A stretch of DNA of 64,000 bases from Eledone cirrhosa (Eukaryota): the NCBI GenBank assembly GCA_964016885.1, contig OZ024741.1:89590001-89654000 (forward strand), written 5' to 3'. The notes below the pieces were generated by a model. It was not told the DNA's origin. It did no database searches and was given only the letters and a program-made list of their open reading frames with translations. The position numbers and the translations under genes were made by a program. Shown here in pieces: positions 39,284 through 52,768 of the stretch (the stretch's first letter is position 1; every line of letters starts with the position of its first letter).

Positions 39284-39440
39284 TTATTTAATATGTAATT
39301 TCCCATTTCTCTTTTTTTTTTTTTGGTAATATGGTAAGAGAGAAATACCTCAAAAAGAAATATGGTGGGTCATGATTTGAGAAAGATTTGACTTATTTCT
39401 AGCAGGTCAAGTGACTGTGCAGAGACTTCTTCATTGGTAA

Positions 39441-39806
39441 CTAGCAGATTTACCCGGCGTTGCTTGGGGTTTGAAATTATGCTAAGAATATACAGCTAGG
39501 AAGTAAAATAAGAACATTATTTGTCCCCAACCTGTCAAAATAAGCAGCCTCTTTATAAGGATTGTCAATAAAGTTGGTTATCTCCCCTTTTTTTATAAGG
39601 ATTGTCAATAAAGTTGGTTATCTCCCTTACATCAATTTTTTTATTGCTCAACGTGGGTCGATTTGAAAAATGTTTGTGATGTGACAATCTTAGCCACCTG
39701 TGCAACGTGCACAGAAAATTTGGTCAAATTCAGTTGGTAATCGTAAAAGCCTTAAGTATGCAAAGTTGTACACAGACACACATCCTCGCTTTTATATATA
39801 TAAAGA
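39441..39806 (-). mobile_element. Non-autonomous Helitron
   Basis: Minus strand begins A|TCTTTATATATATAAAAG and ends CCCAAGCAACGCCGGG hairpin ..CTAG|T; internal ~37-bp tandem duplication at 39552-39627. Confidence 0.8.
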
Positions 39807-42800
39807 TTACAGGTGGTGATTGAGATTTAGAAGAGATATGGGGTATAATATTATTTAAGGAGCTGTAATAGCTAAGTAGAGATTGTGAACCTTCTCATTA
39901 CCACCATCATGTGATCTTCACCTGTCAGTGATATGAACCCTTGCCACCCCATTTACTTAGCAGCAGAGTGGGGTAAATATTAGCTGCAGTTAATGTATAT
40001 CAGAGTAATGAGGAGGTGGATCAAACACCCTCTCAAGGAGAGTATTCAAATTACTTAAGGGGTTAAGTATCAGTAAAATAGTATCCCAAATTAACTAGCA
40101 ATTATTCCCCTACTTTCATGGTCTTTTTTACTTATTAGGTTTATTGTTATCTCTTTGATATATCTTATGCTTCTCCTTTTATCGAGTAATGTGATCCCTT
40201 TTTATGGGAAGTGCTTATATAGGATTGAAGAAGTACAGAGATAAAATTTGGTAATCCCTGGTATAACTTATCTTCTAATTTAGGTGCATGGCCAACAATT
40301 TGTGGAGAGGGGAAAGTCGATTATATCAACCCCTGTACTTTATTAGTACTTTATTTTATTGAACCTAGAAAGATGAAAGGCAAATTTAACCATGGCAGGA
40401 TTGGAACTCAGAACATAAAGGGCTGTAACTAAATGCTGTAAAGCATTTTGTCCAATGTTCTAACAATTCTGCTAATCCACCACTCTCATCATCATCATTG
40501 TTTAATGGCTGCTGTCCTTGCTAGCAAAGGTTGAGCAGTTCTATCCTTGTTTTCTAGTCATAGTAAGGAAGAGAGTTGTAACTAACTGGTGAGAGAGTTT
40601 AATAGTCCAATTCCTTTGCTTGAGAGAAGGCGGCAGCATTATATATTGATTTACTTTCTATTTATTTCATATCATCATCATTTTCTGTCCACTTTCCCTG
40701 CTGGTATGGATTGGATCGGTTGTCATGGTCGAAGGTCAAACATGTCAGAGTGACTGCATCATGCTCATTACAATCCATATTTGGCATGGTTCATTTTTCA
40801 TGGCACCAGTATTATCTGAGTGCATTTTATCATGGCACCAACACTAACATTTAACTGTATGTAACATGGCTGGTGTTAGGAAAGGCATACAGCTGTAAAA
40901 ATCCCAGTTAAATTACAGTTCCCTCTGAGCAAGGTACAGCGCAGCCAACTGGCCAGAGTTCTCTCATAACATGGATGACCATGGATAACAATAGACGATG
41001 ATGATGATTGGATGCATTTTATTGTGGCACCAGCACTAGTGAGGTTGTCACTTGCTTGGCCAGATTGAAGAGTCCCCTTAAACCCCGTTTTGTCTCCATT
41101 CAATTACCAAACACTAGCTTCCGGTCCTTCACTACACTTACTTTTAGTGCTGTAGTGTTTGTACTGATGGATGAGTATTTTGTATTATAGAATATCACAA
41201 TTGGTAAACAATAGCATTATTGATTACAGGTTTCCAATGAATCAATCTCTGGTTCATTGATTTTATGATAATGAGACTGATGAAAGTATGTTTGGGAAAT
41301 TCTAACAGAAGAAATGCTACATAGGGTACTTTTATTCCAAAGCTCAAGTTTTTCAGTTTTTATGCTGATGTTTACATCTTTCACCAATATACACTAGTGA
41401 AAAAGACACACATGCACACACACTCACATATATACATACCTACATACACACACAAACACATATATATATATATATACATACATATCTACATACACACACA
41501 TGCATAAATACTTACATACCTACATACACACACACACACATATATATTTATATACACAATGTACATATATGATGTTAATTGATGATGATGATGATGGTGG
41601 TGATATACTATGATGTAATTGCTCAAATATAAATGCAAACAAATTGATACCAAGCCCAAACCACCCATGAACTCAAGTAAATGTTATCCATAAACCTATA
41701 CTCAACCATAGCCAGTAGATACATATCACACTAAAGTAAAACCAACCATGGCCTTCAGAACCATACTGAAAACAATCTCAGCATAACATACTAATTACTA
41801 GTATGAGGGGCAATAGATGTCATCAGGCTGCAGCTGTCATATCACATGGTTCCTATATATATGTCAGACTTCTACACAATTTCCATTGACTAAATTCCCC
41901 TCACAACTTGATGTGCCACAATGGGATTAAACTCAGAATCCTGTAGTTTTAAAGTGAATTTCTTAACCAAATAGCCAATCTTGTGACCATATATTTCATG
42001 GTCAAACCATGCCTTAAAGATTCAGAGATAATATCTGTCAAGTGTTTAACCCTTTCATTATCATATTTCTAATAAAACCCACTACCAATGATTTTCAAAT
42101 AATTTTGAAAAAAAGAAAAAAAGAAAAACAGCCAGCAGGTGACCCAAGGTAGACCCTGAGCAGGATGATTGGATAATATCCATGAGCTCGACTGGTCTTG
42201 CTTGGGGATCTGAAAAACATCTGAAAATAAACAGTTTTGTATTGTTGGAAGCTGGGGTGGTTTCAGACAGTTTGGTATCAAAGGGGTTAGTGATATGAAA
42301 GCTGAGATATAGCTCATGTACATCAGAATGTCAAGACAAACATTTCACCATGAAAAGTCATGAACAAAATCCTGTTTGGCCTTTTGAAATTGCCCATAGT
42401 TCTATGATACAAAGTTATTCAATATGAAGTGTTTGTATTTATCTAAAAAAAAAAAACCTTCCATCATAATTTAATGAAAGAACCTTTGTTAAGTTATGTG
42501 CCAAACACCAGCTTAATAATGAGAAAATTAGTGATATTACAAAATCCTTCCAAATGCTCGACTATTTTCAAAAGGATCTGAAAACCCATCGGCAGTGTCC
42601 ATCAGAAATATGATACTGAAAGAGTTAATCAACAGGCATGCCTGTCAATACTCCAGAACCTTTCCCCTTCACAAATACTTGTTCAGTGACCAAGAAACAT
42701 CACCTACTTTTGTTAAACACAAAACAAATGAATGGATGAATGTATAAGTTAATGAATGAATAGGTGGAGAGGTATAAATGTTACTTTACTGCACAGCCAT

Positions 42801-44369
42801 GCCTGCACCTGTGAGTGATCTGTGTTTCTCAATGACATAATACATAATTGTATGTGATGTGTATTTGTGAATGATATATACTAGTAGAGCTTCCAGTGGA
42901 AGAAAGCTGCAGTAGAGGAAGACCAAGGAAGACCTGGGCAGAAGTGGTAAGAGTGGATCTCAAAAAGCTGAATCCCAATAGAAGAAATGAGAAAGGAATA
43001 GAACACGTAGAGGGACGCTGTGCTGGAAAGGATCCATCCAACCCATGCAAGCATGGAAAGAAGGACATAAACAAATGATGAAGGATTATGATGATTGATG
43101 TGTGTTTATGAGTGATATGTATTTGTAAATGACATATATTTACGAGTGATATGTGTTTGTAAATGATGTGTATTTATAAGTGATATCTATTTTTGGTGAT
43201 ATCTAGGCTGCCTCAAACACCCCTGCCTTGATAACAGTTAAACAGTTGAAGAGTTAAGATAAGAACTGTGAATAACTGAATGGTAGAATGTAAAATAAGA
43301 AATTAGAGAAAGTAATTTAATATTTTATGGTGAGTGCTGTTGTTAAATTCCAATCATATAAGAATGAATGGAATGTAAGATTAAGAAATAGGCAATCCAT
43401 TACCGTATTTCGAAAGACATTGCCTATGATTTTCAAAAAATTTTGAAAATAATTAAGAATTTGGAGGGATTTATTAATAACTTTCTCATTTGGTGTTTGG
43501 AAGATTATCATAAAATTATGATAGAAGGTTTTTAGATAAATATAAACACTTTAAAACAAACTGGTCTGTATCATAGAAACATGTGCAGTCGCAGATGGTT
43601 TATATCAAACGAGTTAAGAGCTGTCATATGTATAAACATCTGCATTTAAGACCCGTTGTCTCGACAGGCATGGCCATGTGGTTAAGAAGGTTGCTTTACA
43701 ATGACTCTCTGGGTGTAATTTTACTGCATGTTGCTTTGGGGGAGTGTCTTTTGCTATAGTCTCAGATTGATGAAATGTTTTGGGATACTGAAGCATTTAA
43801 TGTAATATTGTCGGTATGAGCAGCCAGTTATGACTGATTTGAACAGAAAGAGTTGAAACAATTCTGGACGGATATGGCTGGTTTAAATGCTAAAGCGTTA
43901 ATGTGATATTGAAGCCATTTAGTGTGATATTTTAGTCATCTAATGTGGTACTATTGCATCTAGCATCAGTGTTTTATTTTAAGAATATTTTAGAATTGCA
44001 CAAATTTTTGAAGCAGGTGCCATGACTCAGTGTTTGATATTCTTTGGGTCTGAGACACATTTGTAATGACTATGTTCAACATTTCGTAAGTGTTTAACTA
44101 TCATTTACCATGTAAGCATCTATAGTATTTGACACAAAATGTAAACTTACAGCACAAAATTAGATTTGGAACAACACAAGTAGGGTTCAACTGTATATTA
44201 AAATAATTTGCATCAATGTTTAAATTTGCAGACTTTTCCAACCCATGTTAATATAGAACAATGGAATTTTTTAAAATGTGTTGTACTATCTCAGTTGGGT
44301 CTGATGAAAGATGAAGATGGCTGTAGTAGTAATGGGTGAATTTAAAAAAAAATCAGACTGTTTGAACAG

Positions 44370-45230
44370 GCTATCTGGAGAAAAGAGGATGAGTAAAGAT
44401 AGCTGAAGATGTGTAGCTGATTGATGGGATGGATTTAAGAACTTTGTAGTATATTGATATATGAGGGAGAGACTGAGATATAGGATGGCCTAAAAATGCA
44501 TGAATAGGAGCTAGATTGAAGATGTTGGAATGGGGTGAATGACAAAGGCTGGATGGGGGATAAGCAAGTAGGATAGATAGGTACAAAAGTGTATGTGTGG
44601 AAAGGGTATGGGGTGGGTGGAAGAAGAAACTGTAAATAGAAGGGAAGTTCAAATAGATTTAGAATGGAGAGAAAAAGGGTATTGTTGTGGAGGTCATTGA
44701 GGTTGGGGAAGAGTGGGGGTCCGTCCACCCCTTCCTCTACCATTGCTAATGTATAATACTTTGACATTCCATGAGAGGATGTGTTGGGGTGGTGGTAAAT
44801 AGTTGGGAGTATTGTGGGGTGCGGGGTTGTATGAAAGGGGAACAAGTGTGAGGTGGGTATGAATTGTATGTGATAGGAGGGGGACTTGAAGTGTATGGTG
44901 GATGAGAGGGAGTGGTATATAATAGGAACAGGATGTAGATGGTGAATGGGAAGTTTTGAGAGGTGTAGAGGGATGGAAGGTCTGTGTTGGTGGAAGTGGG
45001 GAGAGGTTGCTCAGTAAGCTGCAGAATGACAAAAACTAAAGGAAATTAGGTGGATGTGGGGTGTTAGACACACACAGGTGATGGCTGAGAATAGTAATTC
45101 TAAGTGAAGGAAGATATGGAAAATTAACAACACCTTTTTCCTCCTCCTCCTCAATCTCACTGTCACAAATAGATGTATAGGAGCCAAAGTGGGAGTCTCT
45201 ATATCAGTACTCAATGAGTACTTTTTGAAG
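44370..45230 (-). mobile_element. Possible decayed LINE (proline-rich linker into APE N-terminus)
   Basis: Strong purine/pyrimidine strand skew; minus-strand peptide HILSWNV..NGRGRGG resembles the APE start. Confidence 0.3.
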
Positions 45231-45442
45231 TCCAGTATTCCAAGAAAAATATTTTACTTAAGCCCTAGAGAAAGAAAACCCTATTTGTTTTGCTTTGTTC
45301 TTTAGAGATGGGATAAAAATATACGAATCTAATGAAATGGTCAGGTCTTTGATACTGGCAGGTACGTTGATTTGTTAACGACAGCAACAGTTGACTGATA
45401 AAATGACAAGTCAGTCAATCATATTGGTGGCCTCCCCACAGA

Positions 45443-45765
45443 CAGAAGGCGTTTCCCCAAAGGACGGCAAGGGAGACGTGCTGGAAAAGCCATTCCAACT
45501 CGCGGGGCTCACACCTGCGGCTGGCCAGCTCAGCGCCTATGGTGGTGAGTAGGGAGGTAGCCCTAGGGCTCCACTGCCAAGGGTATGACCGCAAACCTGT
45601 CAGAGAACGACCGGTATTTGGAGAGTTTGGCCTCCTCAGCCTGACGTGCAGCAGAACCTGGATTAGTCACAGACTGCACCAGGTTGCGGCTGCAGAAAGT
45701 GTCGGTGCAAGTGGCATCCCAGACGAGGGGTTTGCCACCCCGGAACGGGAAGATGGTCATACCAT
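45443..45765 (-). mobile_element. CRE-like retrotransposon fragment (restriction-like endonuclease region)
   Basis: DGMTIFPFRGGKPLVWDATCTDTFCSRNLVQS nearly identical to the 52769-53341 frame. Confidence 0.85.
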
Positions 45766-47229
45766 CAATGGAATACTGTTGGCATTTATAACTTATTTAC
45801 TAGTGAACATTCATCCTAACCCGAACCCAATGAATGGATATGGGAGTCTACCAGAGTAAATTGGAACTGAAGGAGTCTATAAATAAATTAAGTTGAGAAC
45901 CATGGTTTTATATGGTCAGTCAAATCTGGTGTTAAAAGTAGCCCTCTCCTCTTCAAATTATAGTTTTGTGTGCAAGATACATCACTGTAGATGAGCTGGT
46001 AGGCATCATAACTGATATGATCTGAGATCATTGGGGTGTTTCAGGTCTTTCAACATTATACTTCTTTGCCCAGGTAACCCAGCCATGTTGATCAGGCTTT
46101 GATTTACACCTCAGCAGCAACCATCCATGGCTCAACCCTTTTATCTAAAACCACTTGGTAGTTTTCTCTGTGGACCAAATGGCTTTTCTCTTCACTACTC
46201 TTGTAAAGTCCCATTGGTTGAGAATCTTGCTGAGTGAGCATCCTGCAAAACTTCTACAGCCCACCTAAAAACTTACATTGTTTTTTTTCCGCCTCCTCCC
46301 TGGTACTTCTTCATTGTGCACTTCCTAGGGCACTGTAAACTCTAGCATGATTCATTGTTGGTACAATGTACAGTGGAAACTTCAACTGCTTGTTTAGATT
46401 GACATGTAGCTGCCAGTCAGAGGCTGTGTACAGGAGACTTGACCTTGTTCTTATTTGTGGACAGGGTCTCAGTCTGGTTCTTAAAAAAGGAATGGCACCT
46501 TGAACAATATAGTCCTAGTGTCTATTATTACCACAAAGAACAGGACCAGATAGAGAGAAGCCATTGTACATATTTGGGTAGTACAATCAGTAATGAGCAT
46601 AGACCAGAACCTATAAGAGACGGGTTTAGTTGGTACATAGATACATCGCCTGTGTATAGGGGAGGAGCCGAGAGACCTAAGGACTTCCCCCTTCTACAAA
46701 CATCTGACCTCATTCCTTTCCCCCCAAAATTCACTCAGCTCCTTTTTAATTTTTAGGGTAGTCCCCATTTAAAATCCATCTTTTTTTCCACTCTGTGGCA
46801 CACTCTGCAAGGAAATAGATCAGAGGGTTAAGCAAGGCCAGCTTGGTATTCAGATGTTTTGAAGTGCAACTGTAACAACAGGGTGTGCCAATTCAAATGA
46901 AAGGAAAAACATTCAGAACAGTAGTATTATTGGTGGAATGGCAGAATCGGTGGGGTGTCGGACACCCTGCTTCACAGTATAGAGTTATGGCTCTTTACAT
47001 TCTGAGTTCAAATCCCGCCGACTTTAGCTTTGCCTTACATCCTTACAGGCTTGATAAAATAAAGCACCAGTAATGCACTGGAGTCAATTTAATTGACTTT
47101 CCCCCCTCCCCAAAATTGCGGGCCTTGTGCCTAAAGTAGAAACGATTATTATCCACTCTATTATATAGATTGGAGCAATGGAATGTTTACTACAAACCAG
47201 TTAAAAAACATAAATTCATGATGAAACAC

Positions 47230-47780
47230 TTGAGATAGTCCATGAACATTGTATGGAAAAGCAAGATCAGGAATGCCACTGTCCCATAGAGAAAGCCAAG
47301 TTCTCTACTAGCTTAGAAGAGATAAGGGTACAGTGAAACCTCTGATGTATTGGGCATGTCCTCAGAATGGTGGAAACCTGGTTACCAAGTCAAATACTTT
47401 ATTTACTGTTGTCTAACATTACGAGAAATCAGACTAGATAGACCTTGACTGAGATACAAGGATATGTGATTATTTTAACATGCAGTTGACCCCTGCTAGT
47501 ACTAAATCTAGTTTTGTGTCAAATAATACATGTGCTTACATGGTAAATAGTGGTTAAAAAACTTAAAACACTCATATAATGTTAAAAATAGCCATTACAA
47601 ATGCTTCTCAGATTCAGAAAATATCAAACACTGGATCATGGCATCTCTCTCAGACATTTTTGCAGTTCTTAAATTTCCTTAAAAGAAATACTTATAAGTA
47701 TGTGGCTAAATGTAACAGGAGAAGATGGGAAAAGGACATTCATAGTTGGGCCACAGTAGCAGAGGACAGAAACTGGTGTG
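47230..47780 (+). mobile_element. Decayed RTE C-terminal fragment
   Basis: Residual LGHVLRM / LPSQILY-like and WATVAEDRNW peptides; interrupted. Confidence 0.4.
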
Positions 47781-48298
47781 TCACTTCTGTTACTTCTAAT
47801 ATAACTCACAATATGTTATGCCGACAGTCATCATCATATGTCAATGATGATGAGATTATATTATGTATGTATGGACCCATAACTTCTGATGGAATTGTAG
47901 GGATGTTGTCATGACATATGGTATGTTTTGGTCATTTTAAACCTGATGGAGCCCATCCCTCTCCCGGTCTGAACACAGCCGATTTTTCCAAAGAAAGAGA
48001 TACAGAGGAAGAATCGTTTACTGTTCTGGACTGGTACTTTTTATGTTGACTTCGAAAAGATGAAAGGTAAAGTTAACTTTGGTAGGTTTTGAATTCAGAG
48101 TGTAGAAAACCAGAAAGAAAACTGCAGCGCATTCTGTCTGATGTTCTAACAATTCTGCCAATTCACCACCTAGGATATAGTATATCTGAAAACAAAAAGC
48201 TGAGATGGTCGTTACAGCAATAATTTTAATCGAAATTGACATGGTCACAAACAACAACATTAACAATAAATAAATGTAGGAGAAGGATAAATACTAAC

Positions 48299-48740
48299 CG
48301 GCAATACTTTGGATGAGCCCAGATAAAGTGAAAATACTTTTGCTACACAAAGCTCGGGTACAGAGACTGATGACAGAGGTGGCAGTGGTAAATATCATTG
48401 CCAGTACTCCACACACAAAGAAGAATAAAGTAGCTTTCCATGTGTTGGGGAAATTTTCATTGGACATATGGAACTTTGTGACATAGGTATCACAGCTGTC
48501 TCTGTGGTAGATCCTGTTGTATTTGTGTAGACGATAACAACGGTTGAAGATACCAACCGTTGGGTGAAATGTTTCTTGGTTCTTTGAGGCATTGTCTTTA
48601 CCACTCAAGCCAATCTGTTGTGGTTTGCCTGTTAACCAGTGTGGTGAACAGATAGACACCACTAGCATGAGTGTAGTTACAATGGTAAACAGAGTCCATA
48701 TGAGCGATCGACAGGTTACTATAACTTGGCACATCGTCAT
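48299..48740 (-). CDS. LHFPL2: LHFPL2-like, first coding exon
   Basis: MCQVIVTCRSLIWTLFTIV..SPHWLTGK matches the LHFPL2 N-terminus (MCHVIVTCRSMLWTLLSIV); GIFNRC, WKA, KSIF..GLIQSIAG; phase-1 donor G|GTTAGT at 48298; exon extends 5' to acceptor tttttcttgcAG at 48949; joined CDS 442+114+143 = 699 nt in frame. Confidence 0.93.
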
Positions 48741-49002
48741 TGGTGGTTTTTTTCTTTCTTCTTTTAGTCAAGAAGATACACTTATATTTTGTTATTTAAT
48801 TTTTTAAACTAAAGAAGAGGCCGTTCGATAATAAAATCTTTGTAAGCTTGCAGTGGTCCTACTTGATTTCTGGAAGTTGTTATCAAGTAATCATTCGAAT
48901 CTGGAGTGTAGTATCAGCAGAGCAGCCAGGAAGCAGGATGAGGAGAAACTGCAAGAAAAAGAGAAAATAAATATGATAAATGTTTCATTATTACTTTACC
49001 TA

Positions 49003-49192
49003 AGGGCGGTGGATTGGTAATATCGGTAGATGGTCGGACGCCATGCTTTGACGCATAGAGTTACGGCCCTTGCCATTCTGAGTTCAAATCCCACCGAGGT
49101 TAACTTTGCCTTTCATCCTTACGGGGTCGATAAAATAAAGTACCAGTAATGCACTGGGTATTTGCTGGCCTTGTGCCAAAAGTAGAAACAAT
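49003..49192 (+). mobile_element. tRNA-derived SINE (Meta-domain-like family), full length
   Basis: GGGCGGTGGATTGG head, B-box, core, AGAAACAATTATT tail. Confidence 0.82.
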
Positions 49193-50390
49193 TATTACAA
49201 GAAGTTCGATTTCCAATTCCTTCATCCCTGTAAATAGTTATTTCTCCCAAAATACTCATAAATTTAACCGTATATGTCATTTGCACACTTATCTTGAGTC
49301 GCTCTCATGTACCAATACTCAATACAAAATATAGTATCTCTTACGCAAACTTAATTTATCAAAACGCAAATGTCCTACTTTGTATGATTGTTCATATATC
49401 CAGTAATCCTGGTATACATGGCATACTGATCCTGTATTCAAAAATTAAAAAAATTAAACGATATTTCCGGCATTATTGACGGAACTGGTCTTCTAGTATA
49501 TACATATATATATATAATGTAGGGCTATGTATTAGCAGAATCGTTAGAACATCCGATAACATGCTTTACAAATCCCACCAAGGTCAACTTCCAGAGTTGA
49601 TTAAATAATGTACCAGTGAAGTACTGGGTCGATATAATCGACTTTTTCCTCCTCCTCAAAAATGGTTAGCTTTGTGTCTAAATTATATATATATAATATA
49701 TATATATATATATAGGAAAACCCAAGGCTTTTAGAAATTTAATGCATCTTTTTTATTCTACACGCATTTCAGTAATGAAGAAAAGCAATCAATAATCGAT
49801 AATTTCAATTAATTAATTATTTTCATTTATCGCATCAGGATGAATAATTTAAGGCAATGTTAAAAGAGTCCCTTAAAGTGGAGAATAAAACAAAAATAAA
49901 AGTAAAGACCACAATGTAACAGGTAATAACGTCCACTCATTTTAAAACATATATTCATATACAAATACACTTATTCATAAGTTCCCATACACATCAAAAA
50001 TATGTAGACAAGATGTATAAACAACCATAATTCACAATACTGTGAGTAAATAAGGATAGTCGAGCCTAAGTATAGATGATCAATAGCTAGTGTTAAATCA
50101 CAAGTGGTTAGCAAAAATATGTATAACTACGGAAGAAGAAGATTCAGAAGGCTGCAAACATCTATTCTATTTAGATCTAATGAAAAATTAAGGGAAAAGT
50201 TTGCTCGTTAAATTAGCGTGTAAGTCAAAGCTAACACCAGAGCAAGTCAGAGATAGTCTTTTATACTCGACAAGAAATGTTTGTTTCGATAAATCCTGCC
50301 GAAGACGACAAACACTAGAGCTGCTTCTCGTTCGTTTGTTAGTAGACCTAAATCAGCTCTAATCAAACAGACAGATATATGTGTGGCACG

Positions 50391-50634
50391 TAGATGGTCG
50401 CCTGAAAGACTAGATACGATACAATCCATAGATGGTCGACTGAAAGACTAGATACGATACAATCCATAGATGGTCGACTGAAAGACTAGATACGATACAA
50501 TCCATAGATGGTCGACTGAAAGACTAGATACGATACAATCCATAGATGGTCGACTGAAAGACTAGATACGATACAATACATAGATGGTCGACTGAAAGAC
50601 TAGATACGATACAATCCATAGATGGTCGACTGAA
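50391..50634. repeat. 38-bp tandem repeat, ~6.4 units
   Basis: TAGATGGTCGACTGAAAGACTAGATACGATACAATCCA at 50391, 50429, 50467, 50505, 50543, 50581, 50619. Confidence 0.95.
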
Positions 50635-51099
50635 ATGAGTGTTCGTTGGTTTCGCCAATGAGTGTTCCAGCTGTTCGATCAACGGAAGTTTGCTCGTGAA
50701 ATTAACGGGTAAGTGGTCGAGCATTCCACAGGTAGGTGTGTCCTTAACGTAGTTCTCAGTGAGATTCAGTATGACATATTGTATGAGAAGATTTGCTCTT
50801 TGAAATACAGGTACAGTTCAACCAACGGGCTTCCATACAGTTTCTGTCAATCAAATTTCGTTCACAAGGCATGGGTTGACCCAAAACTATGATAAATGAC
50901 ATTTGCCTAAGATGCCACGCAGTAGGATCGAACTCAGAGCTTAATGATTGCGAAGCGAACTTCTTCATCGTCCAGCCATGTTGCGTCCACATCCACAACT
51001 CTGAATATACCATACCTCCGTGTTGGAGGCGGGAGAAGGGCAGCGCACACGTCATTCTTCAGGATTTCTAAAACTGTTGGACGGGAGAAAGTTATCCTG

Positions 51100-51805
51100 G
51101 TAATTTACTATTTTACCTTCACAAACTCAAATAAACATTATCGCTAGTTGTGTCTGGAGGTCGAAAGTGAAACTGTTAAGCGGTGAACGACAAGTAAAAT
51201 TACTGACTAGGGTTTAGGGTTAGGTTATTTATTGAAAAAGAGAGAAAAATTATTAGATACAAAAAGAGTCATAGAATTAAAAGTGATATTTTCGATGAAA
51301 AAATTTAGTTTCATCCACTTCCACCGTCATTGGTTCTCCATCCTCATTAATCCCGCCTATTTGTTGGGGATTTTGCTCAAGCCACATCTCACATGCCTCG
51401 CGACAAAAATTACACCAATCTACTGCAATACCATGTTTTGCCATCAGATATATCACCTCTATTAATTAGGAAGCATTCAACACTACAGGAGTCACAAATC
51501 AAAGTATTGCGTAAAAGCCGTCTACGTGCACACCACTGTATACAGCTCCAAGTACAGCTACATCTCTTGCAAGTTTGGTTATATTATATTTCTCAGCCAA
51601 AATTTGAGTGCTATTCATTACTTCATCTGGTGGAACAATATATTTTGGCACAGTAGCAGGTCGACCTCCGGGTCAGAAGTGAAATTAATTTTCAAAAGTG
51701 AAACTTTTAAGCTTAATTCACTGCTTAACAGTTTCACTTTCGACCTCCAGACATAACTAGCGATAATGTTTATTTGAGTTTGTGAACGTAAAATAGTAAA
51801 TTACC
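51100..51805 (-). mobile_element. Merlin DNA transposon, internally deleted
   Basis: ~88-bp TIRs beginning GGTAA; 8-bp TSD GTTATCCT/ATTATCCT; minus-strand peptides IQWCARRRLLRNTLICDSC, SDGKTWYC, DWCNFCREAC, IGG..VEVDETKF typical of Merlin/IS1595-like transposases. Confidence 0.88.
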
Positions 51806-52768
51806 ATTATCCTCATACTCAAGACCGAGACCGTATGTTTTCAACAGTGTGGACTCCGCTAAAGGCAACTAAGTGCCAGGTAGTAGTATTAAACTAGGTT
51901 ACAGATTATGTCTACTATCTAACAACAAGAACGATACCTCTGGCAGGCTTCCACACAGTTTCCGCCAACCAAATTTCACTGACAAGGTTATGGTCGACAC
52001 GTGGCTACGGTAGAAGAGACCACACAAGAGAATCATACTACACTTGCGAGATACTAGAAATGTTCTGGGCAGATCCAATCTATAAAAATTAAGATATACC
52101 AACCCTTTTGATTCCAAACCGCCAGAAAGTGCCCCCATAGTAGTAATTTTAACTCTTGTGTTGATGTTGGCAAAGTAGGTCAGTGTGACCACATGCTGAT
52201 CTTGTAGCACATAAATGTTCAAACTTCCTTTGCTTCGAATTGTCGTCAGTTTGTCTGGAGGAAAGCATCCCAATAGAGTCATTTACAGTTTATCAACGAT
52301 AAACTTTCTTGACACCATTCTGCTCTCGTCTCTCAAAAGAGACTCGCCAAAAACAAGGGGTTTTCAGCAAGCACAGAGATGTAGCATTTAGCCAAACACT
52401 CCTGTGCTCTCAACAAAGGTCAGTCCACACATCACTGAAATTAACATCGATTGAATCATTTCACGCAAGCATACACCGCAACAACATAAACCTTGTTTTC
52501 TTTATTGTCAACAATAGCCTTGTAGCAGTTATTAAATTAATAAATACATTTAAGTAGCGATTTGGTTTTTATTTCATTACCTATGTGATCAGGGTAAATC
52601 ACATAACAGAGGAATCAGCACATCATCATCATAACATAATGAACACTGTAGCTCACTTGTACACCCACAATTTCTGATCCTACTGTATCAGGCACATCAG
52701 TCCCTTTCGCCTACACTACACAAATCTGACCACATCACAAAGCAATCCACAAGTGAACAAGTATTTAA

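Noticed and set aside
51190-51230. TAGGGTTTAGGGTTAGG telomere-like tract
   Set aside because: Only 2-3 units and internal to the Merlin element; not an interstitial telomere
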